A stretch of 64,000 nt of DNA from Eledone cirrhosa (Eukaryota), in NCBI GenBank assembly GCA_964016885.1, contig OZ024740.1, forward strand, positions 366,172,001 through 366,236,000. Direction: 5' to 3'. Position 1 is the first letter of the stretch, and every line of letters begins with the position of its first letter. A model generated the notes under the pieces. It had not been told where the DNA came from, did no database searches, and saw only the letters and a program-made list of their open reading frames with translations. Of the stretch, positions 1 through 13,476 are shown one piece after another. A program made the translations under genes and the position numbers.

Positions 1-438
1 TCAGCCGACCCTCATAGATGAAAATCGAAAGCTAGTTGAGGAATCTTCAAAATGTCTCCCGAATCCACGGTGTTTGGATTAATAGCTTTGTAATTTTTTC
101 CCCGTAATAATTTCTTATGTAATGGATTCTTTTCAATACTTTTCAAAACAAACATTTGCGTGTTATTCTGATACAAGGTATTTATTTGTTTGACTTAGCA
201 TTCATGAAAACATACACAAAGAAAAAAGTGCAGACACCATGTTGTTATTTTCTTTGTAATTAACGTTAGATCATTTGTGCATGGTATTTTTGTTCTACGT
301 AATATTGTTACGTTAATCTGATGTAGTGTAAATAAAAAGAGACCTTTTTTTTTATTTGAAGGCAGTTTTCCTTGCTTGTTATTTAATAGACTGTTTTTAG
401 CTTTCTTTTTTTTATTTTCGCATACTTGCACTACACGT

Positions 439-439
<1 letters not shown>

Positions 440-519
<80 letters not shown>

Positions 520-538
520 ACACACACACACACACACA
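440..538. repeat. (CA)n microsatellite
   Basis: Near-perfect CA dinucleotide run; one of many (also ~3013-3105, 10961-11091, 13278-13347, 61724-61798, 62056-62140). Confidence 0.98.
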
Positions 539-879
539 TTATTCTGCTGCGGCTTACATATGTAACCTTAAAGAATACTTGTTGAAAGGTTTTCGGTAAA
601 GTCCTCGTCACTTTTACAAATATGACGCAGAAGAAAGAGAGTGTGAGGAGAGAAGGCTACGGTTCCAGATTACGATCTATATTGAGTTATAGATTATTGA
701 AAATTTAAATATAGTTCAAAATACATGTCGACCCAGAAGTAACGACTGATTTTAATCCGTGAAAACTAATAAAAAAGCTTTACGTTTGGGATACCTTGTA
801 GTGTTAAAACGGTAGTGGAAAGCAGAGTTAGTAAATCTATGAACATAATGTCTGACTTTGGGGCATTTTATTAAATGAT

Positions 880-1008
880 TCTACATTCTGAGTTCAAATC
901 CTGTCGCGGTTGAATTTACACTCCATCTTTTCGTGGTCGATTTAACAAGTTCTGAGGTCTATTTAATCAGCCAAAATTTCTAGTTTTGCACCTATATAAG
1001 AAATCATT
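880..1008 (+). mobile_element. Degenerate tRNA-derived SINE (Meta-domain type)
   Basis: B-box gagttcaaatcc followed by a degenerate 'ccatcttttcgtggtcgat' core and an 'agaaatcatt' tail like the cleaner copies at 19515 and 51503. Further fragments at ~1070-1128 and ~4230-4295. Confidence 0.6.
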
Positions 1009-1335
1009 GAAAGAATCATGAGAGCATGGGACACAATGCATTGCAGTTGTAAGTTAGAAACCTTTATGTGTTCAGCTCAAATTTCGCCGAGGTTCAATTT
1101 GCCTTTCATTCTTCTGGGAGTCCATAAAGCCCGTACCCTGAGGCGTATCTAGAGTATAGCAAGCATGGCACGTGCCATGGGCACCATTTGAAAGGAGGCG
1201 CTACCTGGACTAGGAGCACTTTTTATTAAAGTCAGATAAGCTATTGTCAGAGAATGAAAAAAGAAACTTCCTTAGATGTATGATCTGTCTTTGATTATCA
1301 TGGGTGAGAAATGCTCCAAACGTGCTGTGTACTTC

Positions 1336-1479
1336 ATTAGAAGTTTATCATCATCTGATTCAGCTTGCTCGGACATTCATGAGCCTAGCACGCCATCCAT
1401 AAGAGTTAGGAAGTTAAGGGCACTGAAAAACTGAACTTTGGACATACAAACGATTTTTTTCCGTTCTTTTTTGTTACAA
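1336..1479. repeat. Dispersed repeat, second copy at 4393-4556 (probable DNA-transposon relic)
   Basis: cattagaagtttatcat...gagcctagca...aagggcactgaaaaactgaactttggacatac...gttacaa occurs twice in direct orientation. Confidence 0.7.
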
Positions 1480-2027
1480 TGTCCTCACCTTATATTTTCA
1501 AGTAACCTTGTATGGATATTAGAAATTATTTTTAAAATCTTTTTTTTCTTTTTCTTTTTAATTTTTACCGTAATAGATAGAATGACTGACTAATCAACGT
1601 GAAATAGATGTCGAAATACAAACATTTTATCTTCACTTCCTCAACGTTTTCTTTCAAAACACAACCAACTCATGTTATCTTTATCTCTGTTTAACTACTT
1701 CAGTTGTCATTCCTTTCTTCTCCCCACTTCCTCTGTTTTGTCGTAGTTGTCGTCGTTGTCGGTGGTGGCGCTATTCTTCGTCTTTATTGTTGTTATTGTT
1801 GCTACTCTTATATTTCACCTTCAACTGCCCCCCCCCCCACCAGCTTGTTTTAGTCCGCCATCATCACTCACTGTCCTCGTTCTTGTTCCTCTTCTTTTTC
1901 ATTCCACGTTTCCATTGTTCATCATCATCATTCTCTCTCTCTCCCCCCTTCTCTCTCTCGCACTCTCGCTCTCTCTGTATATATATCCAGGGAGTGTAAC
2001 GACGAGTTACTGTAGGTGGACGTGTGT

Positions 2028-2120
<93 letters not shown>

Positions 2121-2137
2121 CGTGCGTGGTGCGTGTA

Positions 2138-2185
<48 letters not shown>

Positions 2186-2190
<5 letters not shown>

Positions 2191-2363
2191 AAAATGTTAA
2201 ACCCAGACGGCAGAGCTCAAGCCGTTTCAAGAAATAGCCGTCGAAACGGCTTGAGCTCTGCCGACGGGATTTAACATTTTCCTATTACCCACTCTACTAC
2301 CCTAAGTATTGAGTACTTTGGTGCGTTATGGTTCAGCTGGTTCCTTACCACACTTCCTTCGTT
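2186..2363 (+). mobile_element. Penelope-like pseudo-LTR tail with 5' inversion (hairpin) carrying the 3' half of a hammerhead ribozyme
   Basis: Arms 2186-2228 and 2243-2285 are inverted; contains gaaa-cggc-ttgagctct-gccg; adjoins (TA)n; a homolog in opposite orientation lies at 4891-5092. Confidence 0.65.
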
Positions 2364-2364
2364 C

Positions 2365-2959
2365 ACCTACCACCCCATGATCCTACCAATCCGGCGACAT
2401 ATCCTCCGCCGTTCCTTCCGTAACCTCACTTCTGACCCCGTCACTTCTCGCTTTTTTCTAAAACCACCCATTACTGCTTTTAAGCTCGCCCGAAACCTCC
2501 GCGACCTCCTGGTTCGCAGTTCTTTTTCGTCCTCTCCCACGACTCCACCCGGCTCTCATCCTTGTTCCCGTTCCCGCTGCAACACTTGTCCCTTTATTTT
2601 CACCCTCACCACTCTTACAGGTCCTAACGGGTTTTTTCGTATCCGCCATTCCTTCACCTGCACACCCACCTACGTTGTCTATGCCCTCCGGTATTCCCTT
2701 TGCGGGTCTTTATATATCGGACAAACGGGACGCCGAATAGGGTCTTGTCGAACATTTGAGGGACATACGACTCGGTTTGGATACTCCTGTCGCCCATCAT
2801 TTCTGTTCTCCTGGTCATTCTTCCCTACATGTTTCAGTCCTGGGTGTCCTTTTACATCATGGATCACAGGCCTCGCGCACCAGGACTGAACAAAGTCTGA
2901 TTCACCGTCTTGGGTCCTATTCCCCTCTTGGACTCAACTCACCTTCCCAATTTCTCTAA
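2365..2959 (+). pseudogene. Penelope-like element (Neptune-like) C-terminal GIY-YIG endonuclease, frameshifted
   Basis: PCSRSRCNTCPFI Cys linker, FTC..YVVY..CGSLYIGQTGR, then in another frame DIR..TPVAHHF..GH..E..LIHRL....PLGLN; stop at 2957-2959. Confidence 0.88.
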
Positions 2960-3009
2960 TACCCCGTCCATTATCACACTCCTTGATTCCTATCGCTTTC
3001 TCTGATCAT

Positions 3010-3063
<54 letters not shown>

Positions 3064-3070
3064 ACACCCA

Positions 3071-3108
<38 letters not shown>

Positions 3109-3110
3109 CT

Positions 3111-3395
3111 CATGCTTACGCACGTGCTTACGTATAGCTCTTTTTACAAAACGTTTTTTTTTTCCATTTCAGGTAGACGCCTGCCATTGAATGGACCTGT
3201 TATTTTTTATCTAAAGACATTTTTTCTAATTCCAACCCGCCGTCTCCTCAATCTATTTTATTTCTCATTCTTTCTTCTGATGAAGGAATAGCGTCCGAAA
3301 CGTTATGACCCTCTTCCTGCTATATCAAGCGTTAACCTAATATATACCTTCCATATACTGTACCGATTGTGTTCTTATTTCTGTTTACCTTTTAC
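3111..3395 (+). mobile_element. Pseudo-LTR/3' region of the Penelope-like element; solo copy at 21141-21463
   Basis: Follows the GIY-YIG ORF; near-identical sequence recurs at 21141-21463; contains a minimal hammerhead. Confidence 0.75.
3271..3308 (+). ncRNA. Minimal type I hammerhead ribozyme
   Basis: CTGATGA (3277-3283), stem II gga-atagcg-tcc, GAAA, palindromic stem III aacgtt, UA. Stem I is weak here; the 21.4 kb copy has tct/aga pairing but a damaged core. Confidence 0.65.
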
Positions 3396-3419
3396 TTACA
3401 TACATATATATATCACCTT

Positions 3420-3600
3420 GATCACCTTGACCGACCAGTCTGTCGGACGCCAAACGGCGCCGCTGGTCACAGCACGTCGTGCTCTTTTAACCATGAGATA
3501 ACGCCATCCCACTGGCTGGGCGGGCAGGCCGGTACTCATTTCTACAGCTGAGTAAACTGGAGCAACGTGAAATAAAGTGTCTTGCTCAAGGAAACAACAC
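3420..3600 (-). mobile_element. CORE-type SINE fragment
   Basis: Reverse strand reads gtttccttgagcaagacactttatttcacgttgctccagtttactcagctgtagaaatgagt; the same core occurs at 5308-5347 (-) and ~61302-61350 (+). Confidence 0.7.
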
Positions 3601-3608
3601 ATCACACA

Positions 3609-3686
<78 letters not shown>

Positions 3687-4741
3687 ATGCTTTGGGAGGG
3701 TCATGTTGCCAATATATATATACTAAACACACACACGTCCACGCATGCCTTATCTGTTGTAGATAACTTTATATTTGAATTTGATTCATTTTACCTCAGT
3801 ATATAAACATTTATGGAGATATGATATGGTAAAACCATGTTTGTATAATATAGCAACATGTTTATATAAATGAATGCATGAATAAAGCGTACATATCTAC
3901 ATATATACATACACATACTTTCTTTGTTACGTGCAAAAAAACATGTCGTTTAATATAGGTATATATACAGCCATACAAAATGTATGGTGGACTCACCCGC
4001 CGTATATCGACATATGAGGGTTCAAGTCTTCTCACTCGGAATTTTCATGATTATATCTTAAAGGGCTCTTTATTCCAGCTGCTGATTTACACATCAAGCC
4101 GCATTTAGTGCAGATGTCAGAATTTTGAGCGGAGCAGGATGGAATATTTGATCTGATCTTAGATCACGAGATCAAGGTTTTTCATAGTTCCTTATGCCTT
4201 CATGGCAGATAGTTTTCCATTTTTCACAGTCTGAATTCAAATCCCAACGAGGTCAACTTTGTCTTTAATCCTTTTGAGATCGATTAATAAAGTACTAATA
4301 CTGTGATGGGCTCTCTTTCCCCCTCTCGCTTCACCAGATTCAAAATAATGCCCAAAACGTGCCGTGTACCAGAACGGCCCTCCTACGACTCCATTAGAAG
4401 TTTATCATAATCTGGTTGAGCTTGCTTGGACATTCATGAGCCTAGCATGCCATCCATCACGATCAAGCATAAGTGTTGGGAAATTAAGGGCACTGAAAAA
4501 CTGAACTTTGGACATACATACGGAATTTTCCGTTCTTTTTTTGTTTTTGTTACAAAAGAAGTGAGAAGTGAGAAGTATGTACAGAGTGAGTGCAGAGAGC
4601 TGGAAGGAATAGGGCAAAACATTCTATTCAATGCTCTATCATATCGCCGCCTTGTATATACATGCTTACAAATGTGTACGTACGTGCACACACACACATA
4701 CATATAGATGCACTATCTATCTATCTTTGTTTCTATTTACC

Positions 4742-4879
<138 letters not shown>

Positions 4880-4890
4880 TATATATATAT

Positions 4891-5092
4891 AACGAAGGAA
4901 GTGTGGTTGGTAAGGAACCAGGTGGACCATAACGCACCAGAGTACTTCATACTTTGGGTAGTAGAGTGGGTAATAGGAAAGTAGTCAGAATCCCGACGGC
5001 AGAGCTCAAGCCGTTTCGACAACTATTTCTGGACTGAAATAGCTGTCGAAACGGCTTGAGCTCTGCCGTCGGGGTTCTGACTATTTTCCTAT
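4891..5092 (-). mobile_element. Penelope-like pseudo-LTR tail with ~57-bp-arm hairpin (4973-5092)
   Basis: Reverse-complement homolog of 2186-2363; both arms carry GAAA-CGGC..GCCG-TC; flanked by (TA)n on both sides. Confidence 0.7.
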
Positions 5093-5110
5093 ATATATAT
5101 ATATATATAT

Positions 5111-5347
5111 AGGGTAAAGACCCCCTTCAGTCACGAGTGACCATGGGATTTGCACCTAGAAAGTTTCCCTCCGAGGCACAAGTCCGGGTAAGGTTGTTTG
5201 TGGAAGACTAACAGTCACCCATGTATACCAGCCTCCCCTCTCCACGCCACCGATGTTGTCCAAGGGAAAGGCAATGGCTGATACAGCTTGGCACCAGTGA
5301 CGTCGCAACTCATTTCTACAGCTGAGTAAACTGGAGCAACGTGAAAT
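5111..5347 (-). mobile_element. CORE-type SINE 3' portion
   Basis: Shares the core with 3420-3600 but has a different long tail; truncated or interrupted by the SINE starting at 5354. Confidence 0.65.
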
Positions 5348-5353
5348 ATATAA

Positions 5354-5749
5354 GGATTTCTACGATAGGCACAAAGCCAGCAATGCGGAGCGAGGGGAAA
5401 GTTTCTTAAATCAACCCAGTGCATTACTGGTACTTTATTTTATCAACCCCCGTAACGATGAAAGGCAAAGTTAACAGTGGCAGGATTTGAACTCAGAGCG
5501 TAAAGGGCCGTAACTCTATGCTGCAATACTTGGTGTCCGACGCTCTACCGATACTGCCAATCAGTCGCCTTTATAATAATAATTGTTTCTACTTTTGGCA
5601 CAAGGCTAGCAATTACCCAGTGCATTACTGGTACTCTATTTTATCGACCCCGTAAGGATGAAAGGCAAAGTGATCCTCGGCGGGATTTGAACTCAGACCA
5701 TAAAGGGACGTAACTATGCTGGAAAGCATGGCGTCCGACTCTCTACCGA
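5354..5749 (-). mobile_element. Two tandem tRNA-derived SINEs (5354-5570; 5575-5749)
   Basis: Reverse strand: A-box tggcagtatcgg, B-box gagttcaaatcc, core tttgcctttcatc...ggggt.gataaaata.agtaccag, tail ccttgtgcc..agaaacaattatt. Confidence 0.85.
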
Positions 5750-5774
5750 AAATAATAATAATAATAATAATAAT

Positions 5775-8700
5775 GATTTCTTTATTAACCACAAGGGTTT
5801 ACATAAAGTAGACATTAAGGACAGTGCAGGACAATACAGGACGGTACAAATTGGCATTTCTGCGTGTAAAAAACAAAAACAGAGGATGTAACAAAAAAAA
5901 TAACAATGAAAAATTCCCCAATAGGGGGGAGACTTCGGAGGGACATTTGTGGAGAAAGCCCATTAAAAGGCCACAGTGACCCTGACCACCAGGGCAAGTG
6001 CGCTCTCCCAGTTTTCCACCTTTAATTTACAGACACATACTCAGAGTAGGCCCATTCACTAGGGCCATTCTTGCTTCTCTCACCTATCTTTCAACAAAAT
6101 GCTGGGAAGAGAGCACTTCCCTCTCTACTCTGATTTTCCTTTTCAAATGAAATTTGAAAAAGTCAATCAGGGCATCACCGAAGAGGTAAGTGCTCGTCTT
6201 CAGCCCTTTCAAACGTGTCCACCATACTATCTCTTTTGCCATGGCCACCAGACAGATAAAAACTGCCTGCCCTTCCCGGCTAAAGGAAGAGGGCAGGGCA
6301 ATCCTCACGATGGACTCAACTGATAACCGGATCCGTCCTACACGCGACGGCAGGTGTTCGACATAAACCCACAAGGCAGCAATTCTCGGACACTGGACGA
6401 GTGCGTGCAGGACGGTTTCGTCGCCCTGCGCGCATCTCGGACATGCCCGGCTGACGGCACATCCATGCCTGTAGAGTTTATCCCGAACTGGCAAGGCTCC
6501 TCGGTAGCACTGCCAGGCCAGGGATTTCTGGAAGTTGTCCATAGGCCCCGGCCAGAAAGTTCTTCCGATGAGATTGGCTATTTGATTTTCGTCGACGCCT
6601 AGAGTTTCTCCAAGTACGTCTTCCCTCTTCCCCTCCACTAATCCTCTATAGAACGCCAAGGTGGAGTTTCCACCGATCACATTGCCCGATTGGTCGAGGG
6701 AAGTGAGCGCCTGAAGACATTCCAGTCTCCAAGCGCCCCTTCTCGGTCTTCGCTTGACCCAGGACTGCAGCTCCGTCAAGGAGACGAGCTGGGGAAAGAC
6801 GCGTCTAGCAAACGGCGACCACACCTGATCACCGTCGAGGAAGAGGTGGAGATGTCGTAGCCTGAGCGCGTGTCTGCGCATCATCAGCTACGGCATTCCC
6901 AGCCCTCCACGTAGCGGGTGTTGACAGCAGATGGGCCGCCTGACCGCGTCCCTTCCACAAAAAGCGAAAGAGCAAACGCTCCAGCGCAGTCAGGCGGGGC
7001 TTAGGACAAGGTACGACGGTCAGGCGGTAGTAGATGACGGGCGCGATATACGCGTTAGCCACCTTCGCTCGACCTTTCTGGGATAGCTTCCTCTCCGCCC
7101 ATTTCTGTGTGAGAGAAGCCACCCTGCTCGTCACCTCGTCCCAGTTTTTGTCCGTCTGGAGGTCCGGACCGAACCAGACCCCGAACAATTTAACCGGTCC
7201 GTCCGTCCAGCGCCCGACGACGCTGTTGGACGGCATGGACCTGCCTCTCCAGGTGCCGAGCTGCAGGCCCACTGACTTTTCCTGGTTGATCATTGCTCCT
7301 GTCACCGCTTCGTATTCTCTTAGTGTAGTGCCGATCGCCTCGATGTGTTTGGCGTTCGACACCACTACGGTGACATCGTCCGCATATGCTGACACGGATC
7401 TTAGGCATCCTAGTTCGTGCGGGACGCCCCTCAACGTCTCCAGTTTGTGCAGTAATGGCTCGAGAGTCAATACGTACAAGAGGGACGAGAGGGGACATCC
7501 TTGGCGGACCGAGCGCATGATGTTGAACGGTTCCGAAAGGTAACCGTTCACTCTCACCACAGAGCAGATGTCGCCGTGCATGGCAGCGATCCAGCCTCTG
7601 AAGACGGGCCCAAAGCTAGTCGCCCTCAGAACTGCCGCTAGGTAACGATGGTCGACTCTATCGAAAGCTTTCGATTGATCTAAATTGATCAAGGACCCAC
7701 CCGTGCCAGGTTCCCTAGCTACCCTCTCTACGATGTATCGCATGAGGTGGAGGTTGTCGTGGATGGATCTGTCGGGAATGGCGCATGACTGCGCCTCTCC
7801 CACCAGACCACCAACGACAAGCGCCAAACTCTTTGCTAGCACCTTGGCCAAAATCTTGAACTCTGTGTTTAGCAGAGTTATGGGCCTGAAATTATCTATG
7901 TTATCCCCCTTGTTCGGATCCTTTCTCAGCAGCGCCACTGCTCCTCGGCTCACAGAGCTGGGAATTCTCCCGTTCTGTTGCCAGTTGCAGCAGACGTCTG
8001 CCAAGAGGCCTCCGAACAAGTCTGGTATTTGCTAAACGCCTCGTCTAATTTTCTAACTAGTTCTCCCTCTGCTGTATTTTTCTCTATAGCTAAAGCCTTA
8101 CTAAACCTAATGGACTCTATTCTAATCGCTCTTTTCAGAGTCAACGACCGCTTAACTAGTTCGCTAATCAGGTCTCTGTAGGCCTTGCGCGCTGGTAAAG
8201 ACGCGTTTAGCTTCCAGTAGCCGGGTCCTTGTCTATGAAGCCTATCTAAGTCAACCACACAGATCACGAATTTGTGGTCCGTGTAGCTGACTATCTTGAA
8301 TTGTGGACAACTTCTACTAGCCTTATCTATTTCCCTACAAAATACTCTATCTAGATATGATCTGGATGACCCTATTCGATTTGTCCAAGTCCACATTGGC
8401 ACATTCGGGAAATCCAATCGGTACCTGTCAGACAGTTCAAAACGCCTGAGCAGGTTGTTGAGCTTCTTGCACTCTCCTCCCCTATCCGCTAATCCCACAC
8501 AGTCCCAGCGTGCATCTAAGATCCCGTTCCAGTCGCCCACTAACACTAAAGAGCGGGACGTTCCAAGAAAGGTTTCCAGACGCCGGAAGAAATCAGGCCG
8601 TCCTGCCTCTGTTGGGGCGTAGACGGCTACTAGCCTGAAAGCATTGCCTTCGCTGCCGGTCACGTCCAGCACCACCGACTTACCTTCTGCGTCTAGGAAG

Positions 8701-10243
8701 ATGGCCCGTATGGCGAGATCCACGCCTCTCCGAAAAAGGACGGCACCCCCCCCCCCCCCCGATCCTGGAAGGCTGGGAGATGCGTATACATCGTATCCGC
8801 CGAAGATCGGTTCGAAGGTTTGTGCTTCGGAGATTCTTGTCTCACTGATGGCCACCACATCTATGTTTAGTGACCTGAGGTCGTTGAGCAGGTGACCCTG
8901 CTTCCAAGATGACCCCAGGCCACGTGCATTTATACTGCCTATTCTGAGTACGGCCATGTCGGATGAGAAACGGGGCAAGTGAGAAAGGGTCACTTACCTT
9001 GATCGTGTGGTGAAGGGACAGTAGAACCGTCCCTTTGGCTGGTCATGGGTGTTTCCAAGAGGATGTCAGTGTATATCCTCTTGGTAACCGACCCTCTGAA
9101 GTCTCCAACTGCGTTGGGAATTTTTGTTTTAAAGATTTGTACTGTTCTATTGAGATTTCAATGATGCTTATGTTTGCCGGGAGAGTTCTTGGTGTTGGTG
9201 GGGTGTAGTAGTTTTTTTTCGGTGATGGCTGTGTGCTGCTTTATATATTGTATGAGTTCTTTTTTTGCCATGTTTATGGCTGTGTACTTTTGGGGGAGAG
9301 GGGTGATTTTATTGCTGTTTTCTTCTTGTTGCTGTTTGGTGTGTGTGTTTTGTTTTGTTTGCGTTGTTGGTGTTTTTGGTGATGCTGGTGGCGGTGTGGT
9401 TGTTGTTGGTAGTGGTGCTTGTGGTGGTGATGGTGATTATGGTAGTGTTGCTGCAAGTTTCCTTGCTGCCTTTACCCCTCTTTGTGTGCCTTCGCTTTGG
9501 AGGGTGAATCTAAGGGTTTTTTTGTTTTTTGTTTTTTTGTGGCAGACCGTTTGCCACTTCACTCCCGCCTCAAACTCCATGTCGGATTCCGTGGCGTCTG
9601 GGAGGGGTATGTGCTCCACGGCTATTGCTGGTGGTAGTGGAGCCCTCTTCTGCAATTTTATTGCTGGTGTAGCTACTTCAAATGTAGCTATTGGTGTGCC
9701 GCCACTGATGCTGCTGCTTTAGTTGTCAGTGGCCTTGGTACGGGTGTCACGGACGTTGCCCTCCTACTCACCGTGGAAGGGGCTTCTGCGTTTGTTGCCT
9801 GCCCTGCTCTTGGTAGCAGCGGACCAGATATTGGAAGGAGTGGGGCCTTCTTCTTCGCTGTCTTCTGCGGGCAAAAAGCCCTGAGGTGACCCTTCGACCC
9901 ACAGAGATAACATTTTCGCCGTCTTCCTTCTACGCTTATAGGGAGTTGGAGTCCTTCCTCGATGTCTATGATATCGGGGATAGCGTCGATACATTCCTGG
10001 TCAGTTTGTATAAGCATTTGCATGCCTATACCTGACCAGTTCTCTCTTCCTATTTTCTCTACTTGCAGCATAGTCATCCTGTCCTCGATTCCAGCAAGGA
10101 CTGACGCGGCCAGCCAAGGTATGGGCACGTCGGGTGGGACCTGGGTCACTTTGACCCTCACAATTTTCTGCCCGCAGTAGGAGGGCACCAAGACTATCTC
10201 CTCACTCTTTAGGGTTTCCAAAGTGTGAGACTTTACTTCCTGT
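5775..10243 (-). mobile_element. Tx1-type LINE, 5'-truncated and internally deleted, with divergent ORF1
   Basis: ORF1 remnant with CYLCGSKGHLRAFC knuckle (9688-10257), APE (7950-8957), RT with QGCPLS/YADD (6829-8019), C-terminal CPRC..H..C (6084-6884), 3' UTR with aataaa and (ATT)n tail at 5751-5774. Confidence 0.95.
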
Positions 10244-10430
10244 TGAACCATTGGCAAAGGTTAGAAGCACAAGTATTTCAGCAAATGTGAGGAGCCCACT
10301 TCTTATCCTGGTCACCAATCTTGCATCCAAAATATAGGTGATAGTTATACGGTACTTCTGTGATGCAAAGGTCACCTCACCACTAATGTAATAGTATTTG
10401 TCTGCCTTATTCACAGAAGTGCGAGGTATC
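10240..10430 (-). pseudogene. N-terminus of a DNA transposase (tentatively Tc1/mariner m44-like), disrupted
   Basis: Reads PRTSVNKADKYYYISGEVTFASQK, frameshift, then LYFGCKIGDQDKKWAPHIC*NTCASNLCQW, matching a recurrent invertebrate transposase motif (CYICGE..YFG.K.GDQDK.WAPH.CC..C). Superfamily assignment is from memory. Confidence 0.7.
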
Positions 10431-10957
10431 TGTAAGAAGAAAGCAACAAACAATTAGAAGATAAACAGAAAATTCATTCATAAATTCATCATTATAATAC
10501 AGAGCATGCCAGCCTAGCAGAAATATCTATAACATTTAGTAGGAAAATAAAATTAATATAAAATGCCTCACATGCATATCAATAGCTTGCTCAATGAATA
10601 TTTATTATAAGTTTCAAAAGAGTTTGATTAGGAAAATCACCTCAATATATAAGCCTCAATATATTTCATATATATAAGCTTGCACAGAAAAATTACCTCC
10701 TATGACTACTGGAACAATACTGAAGGGCAGTGGGTCTATGAGTGTGGCAAGAAACACACTACTACAATCCTGTTGGAGCCTGCTGTGACACGTAAGTGTA
10801 TGTTGAAAAGTAGAGCTAACAAACAGTTTTAACCATGATATTCATTATCAGTGACCTAAAATTAGTTGGAAATTGCTACTTTGGTCTCAGAAGCCATTTG
10901 GATGTTTACCAGTGTTATTGGAGTATTGCAAACGCAACCTCAGTTAGTAAACATTTT

Positions 10958-11094
<137 letters not shown>

Positions 11095-11720
11095 TAAAAA
11101 CAATCTATTTTCTGCACCGTTGAGCGATAGAAGGTTTTGGGATTTGAAAGTTAAAAGCGGCGTCAACGTTGGACATATAAAATCTGAAGACGGAAAAAAA
11201 TCTGTACAGCTCAAACATAGACACTCGCATACATCCATACGTACATAAACTATTTTTGAAGAACTCAAACAATTACACAAACACACATATATATACATAT
11301 ATACACATAGACGCACACACCGGAAGCATTCCCTTACACCAGTATCTCTACATGATACATCAATTATAGCAACAGAAATTAACTGATACCAATAATTAAG
11401 TCATCAACTAAACAGCAAAGTTAATTACTTCAATAGGATGATACGAAATTAAAGGGAATTATAGAATTACCTGAAATTATATGAAAACATTTTAGTCTTC
11501 CTGAAAGTAATTTTGCGGTCAAAATCTTGCACGAGAAAAAAAGAGGTAGAGAAGGTGTATTCGTAACACACACACACACACACGCTCTCTCTCTCTCACA
11601 CACACACGCACGTACGCACGCACATACGCACGCGCGCGCATACACACACACATATATATTATAGTATATTATATCATATTACATTATATAATTATATATA
11701 AGTATGTGTATGTATGTATA

Positions 11721-11798
<78 letters not shown>

Positions 11799-12096
11799 GT
11801 ATTTATATATATATGCTTATATATACATGTGTGTGTGTGTGTGAGTGTGTGAGAGAGCTAAAACTAATGAAACAAAGCTTTGTTATTTTAACATATTGAG
11901 ATCTCACCAATTTCGTTGCACCCTCCCTCTTTCGATTCCAGCAGCTGTGATTTCGACTTAATGTAGGGAAGGTAATTTTTTCTTACTGTTTTTGTTTCAA
12001 CGTGAAATATATATATGTTATTTCCGGGATGTTTTAACACTGGCACGAGTGGGCGCGCGCACACACACACACAACTATGTATGTATGTATGTATGT

Positions 12097-12518
12097 ATCC
12101 AAAATCACCGGGAGAGATGACCCCTTAGCCTTTGTCAAGGCAGAATTCTAGGAGAAGGAAAACTCTGATATAACACCTGCAACCCTGATGGTATCCAATG
12201 ATGTTGACTTGTTCTTCTTTTTGGTAAATATCATCTTGGTTAAGAGAGTGGGACTGGCTTTGTGCAATGCCTTTGCTCACTATAAAAGCTTCACGGCACA
12301 GGCATTGCTTTATATCTGGAGATCTCTCTGCACTTGTCATCACATGTTACCATGGGCCCAGCACTGTGTGTCAATAATTGTCACAGGTGTAGTGTTTGTA
12401 CCAGAGTTTTCAAGTCGTTGGCTGGACTAAAAAGTCACACTCGTCCAGCGCATCGGTAGAGGTTCTCCTACATGGATATAAAGTAGTGGCCGTACTCGAA
12501 AACGAGTTGGCAGCCACC
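12097..12518 (+). mobile_element. Non-autonomous RTE-derived element, copy 1 (5'-truncated)
   Basis: High identity to three other copies; common 3' end gtggccgtactcgaaaacgagttggcagccacc followed by (ATGT)n. Confidence 0.85.
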
Positions 12519-12536
12519 ATGTATGTATGTATGTAT

Positions 12537-13273
12537 GACATCAGTGATATCGAGATTGTGGAAAGCTATCTGTGTGACAGTATAGAAGCTATTGTGCTTA
12601 AGCAAAGACTCCGATGGAGTGGTCACCTTGCCAGAATGAAGGATTCTAGAATACCGAAACAACTCTTGTATGGAGAGTTAGTTAAAGGAAGACGACTTCC
12701 ACATAAACCAAAAAAGAGGTATAAGGATTCGTTGAAAGCCTCTTTGAAAGACGCTAACATCTCTGCTGATTCATAGGAAAGCGTAGCTGCTGATCGTAAT
12801 AAATGGAGAAAGACTGTACATGAGGGGAAAGTTGCCTTTGAGACATCTCAAATCGCATACGAGAAAGTAAAACGGGATGTGAGGAAGGGTATTGCTGTTG
12901 TATTTCCAGGCAGCGAAGGTCCTCCTATGGTGCTGACATGCAGCGTCTGTGCGAGACTCTGCCTCAGCAAAGTTGGACTCGAAAGTCATCTTCGCAGTCA
13001 TAAAGTGAGACCAGTGGTTGACTACCAGGCTGCTGTTGGAGATGCTACTCATCATGCTTGCCAAGCATGTGAAAGAGAGTGTAGATCAGCAGGAGGGATC
13101 AAACGACATGCAAAAGTATATGAACTCCAACCACAGGCGGCTACTGCCAGTGAATGTTTTGGTTGATAACTCTGTGCAAGACATTTTAGATCATTGGCTG
13201 GGCTAAAAAGCCACATTCGATCGAAACACTGTTAATTGTTATGCATATGTATGTGTATATGTATATATAGATA

Positions 13274-13349
<76 letters not shown>

Positions 13350-13424
13350 ATTTTGTTATTATTATTATTGACATTATTGTTATTATTATTTTTTTATGTG
13401 TAATGGCCATACTCGATAACGAGT
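12537..13424 (+). pseudogene. RTE-clade LINE 3' fragment with three C2H2-like fingers
   Basis: RLRWSGHLARMKDSRIPKQLLYGEL..G.R...PKKRYKD, CSVCARLCLSKVGLESHLRSH; in-frame stop at 12774; 3' end tggccatactcgataacgagt then (ATGT)n. Confidence 0.9.
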
Positions 13425-13476
13425 CATGTATGTATGTATCATGTATGTATGTATGTATGTATGTATGTATGTATGT

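Noticed and set aside
1-45. gaaagctagttgagga, possible 3' half of a hammerhead
   Set aside because: The core would lie outside the window and stem III is imperfect; cannot be supported.
10202-10453. Possible host exon after a polypyrimidine-cag acceptor on the - strand
   Set aside because: The sequence matches a transposase N-terminal motif with a frameshift and a stop.
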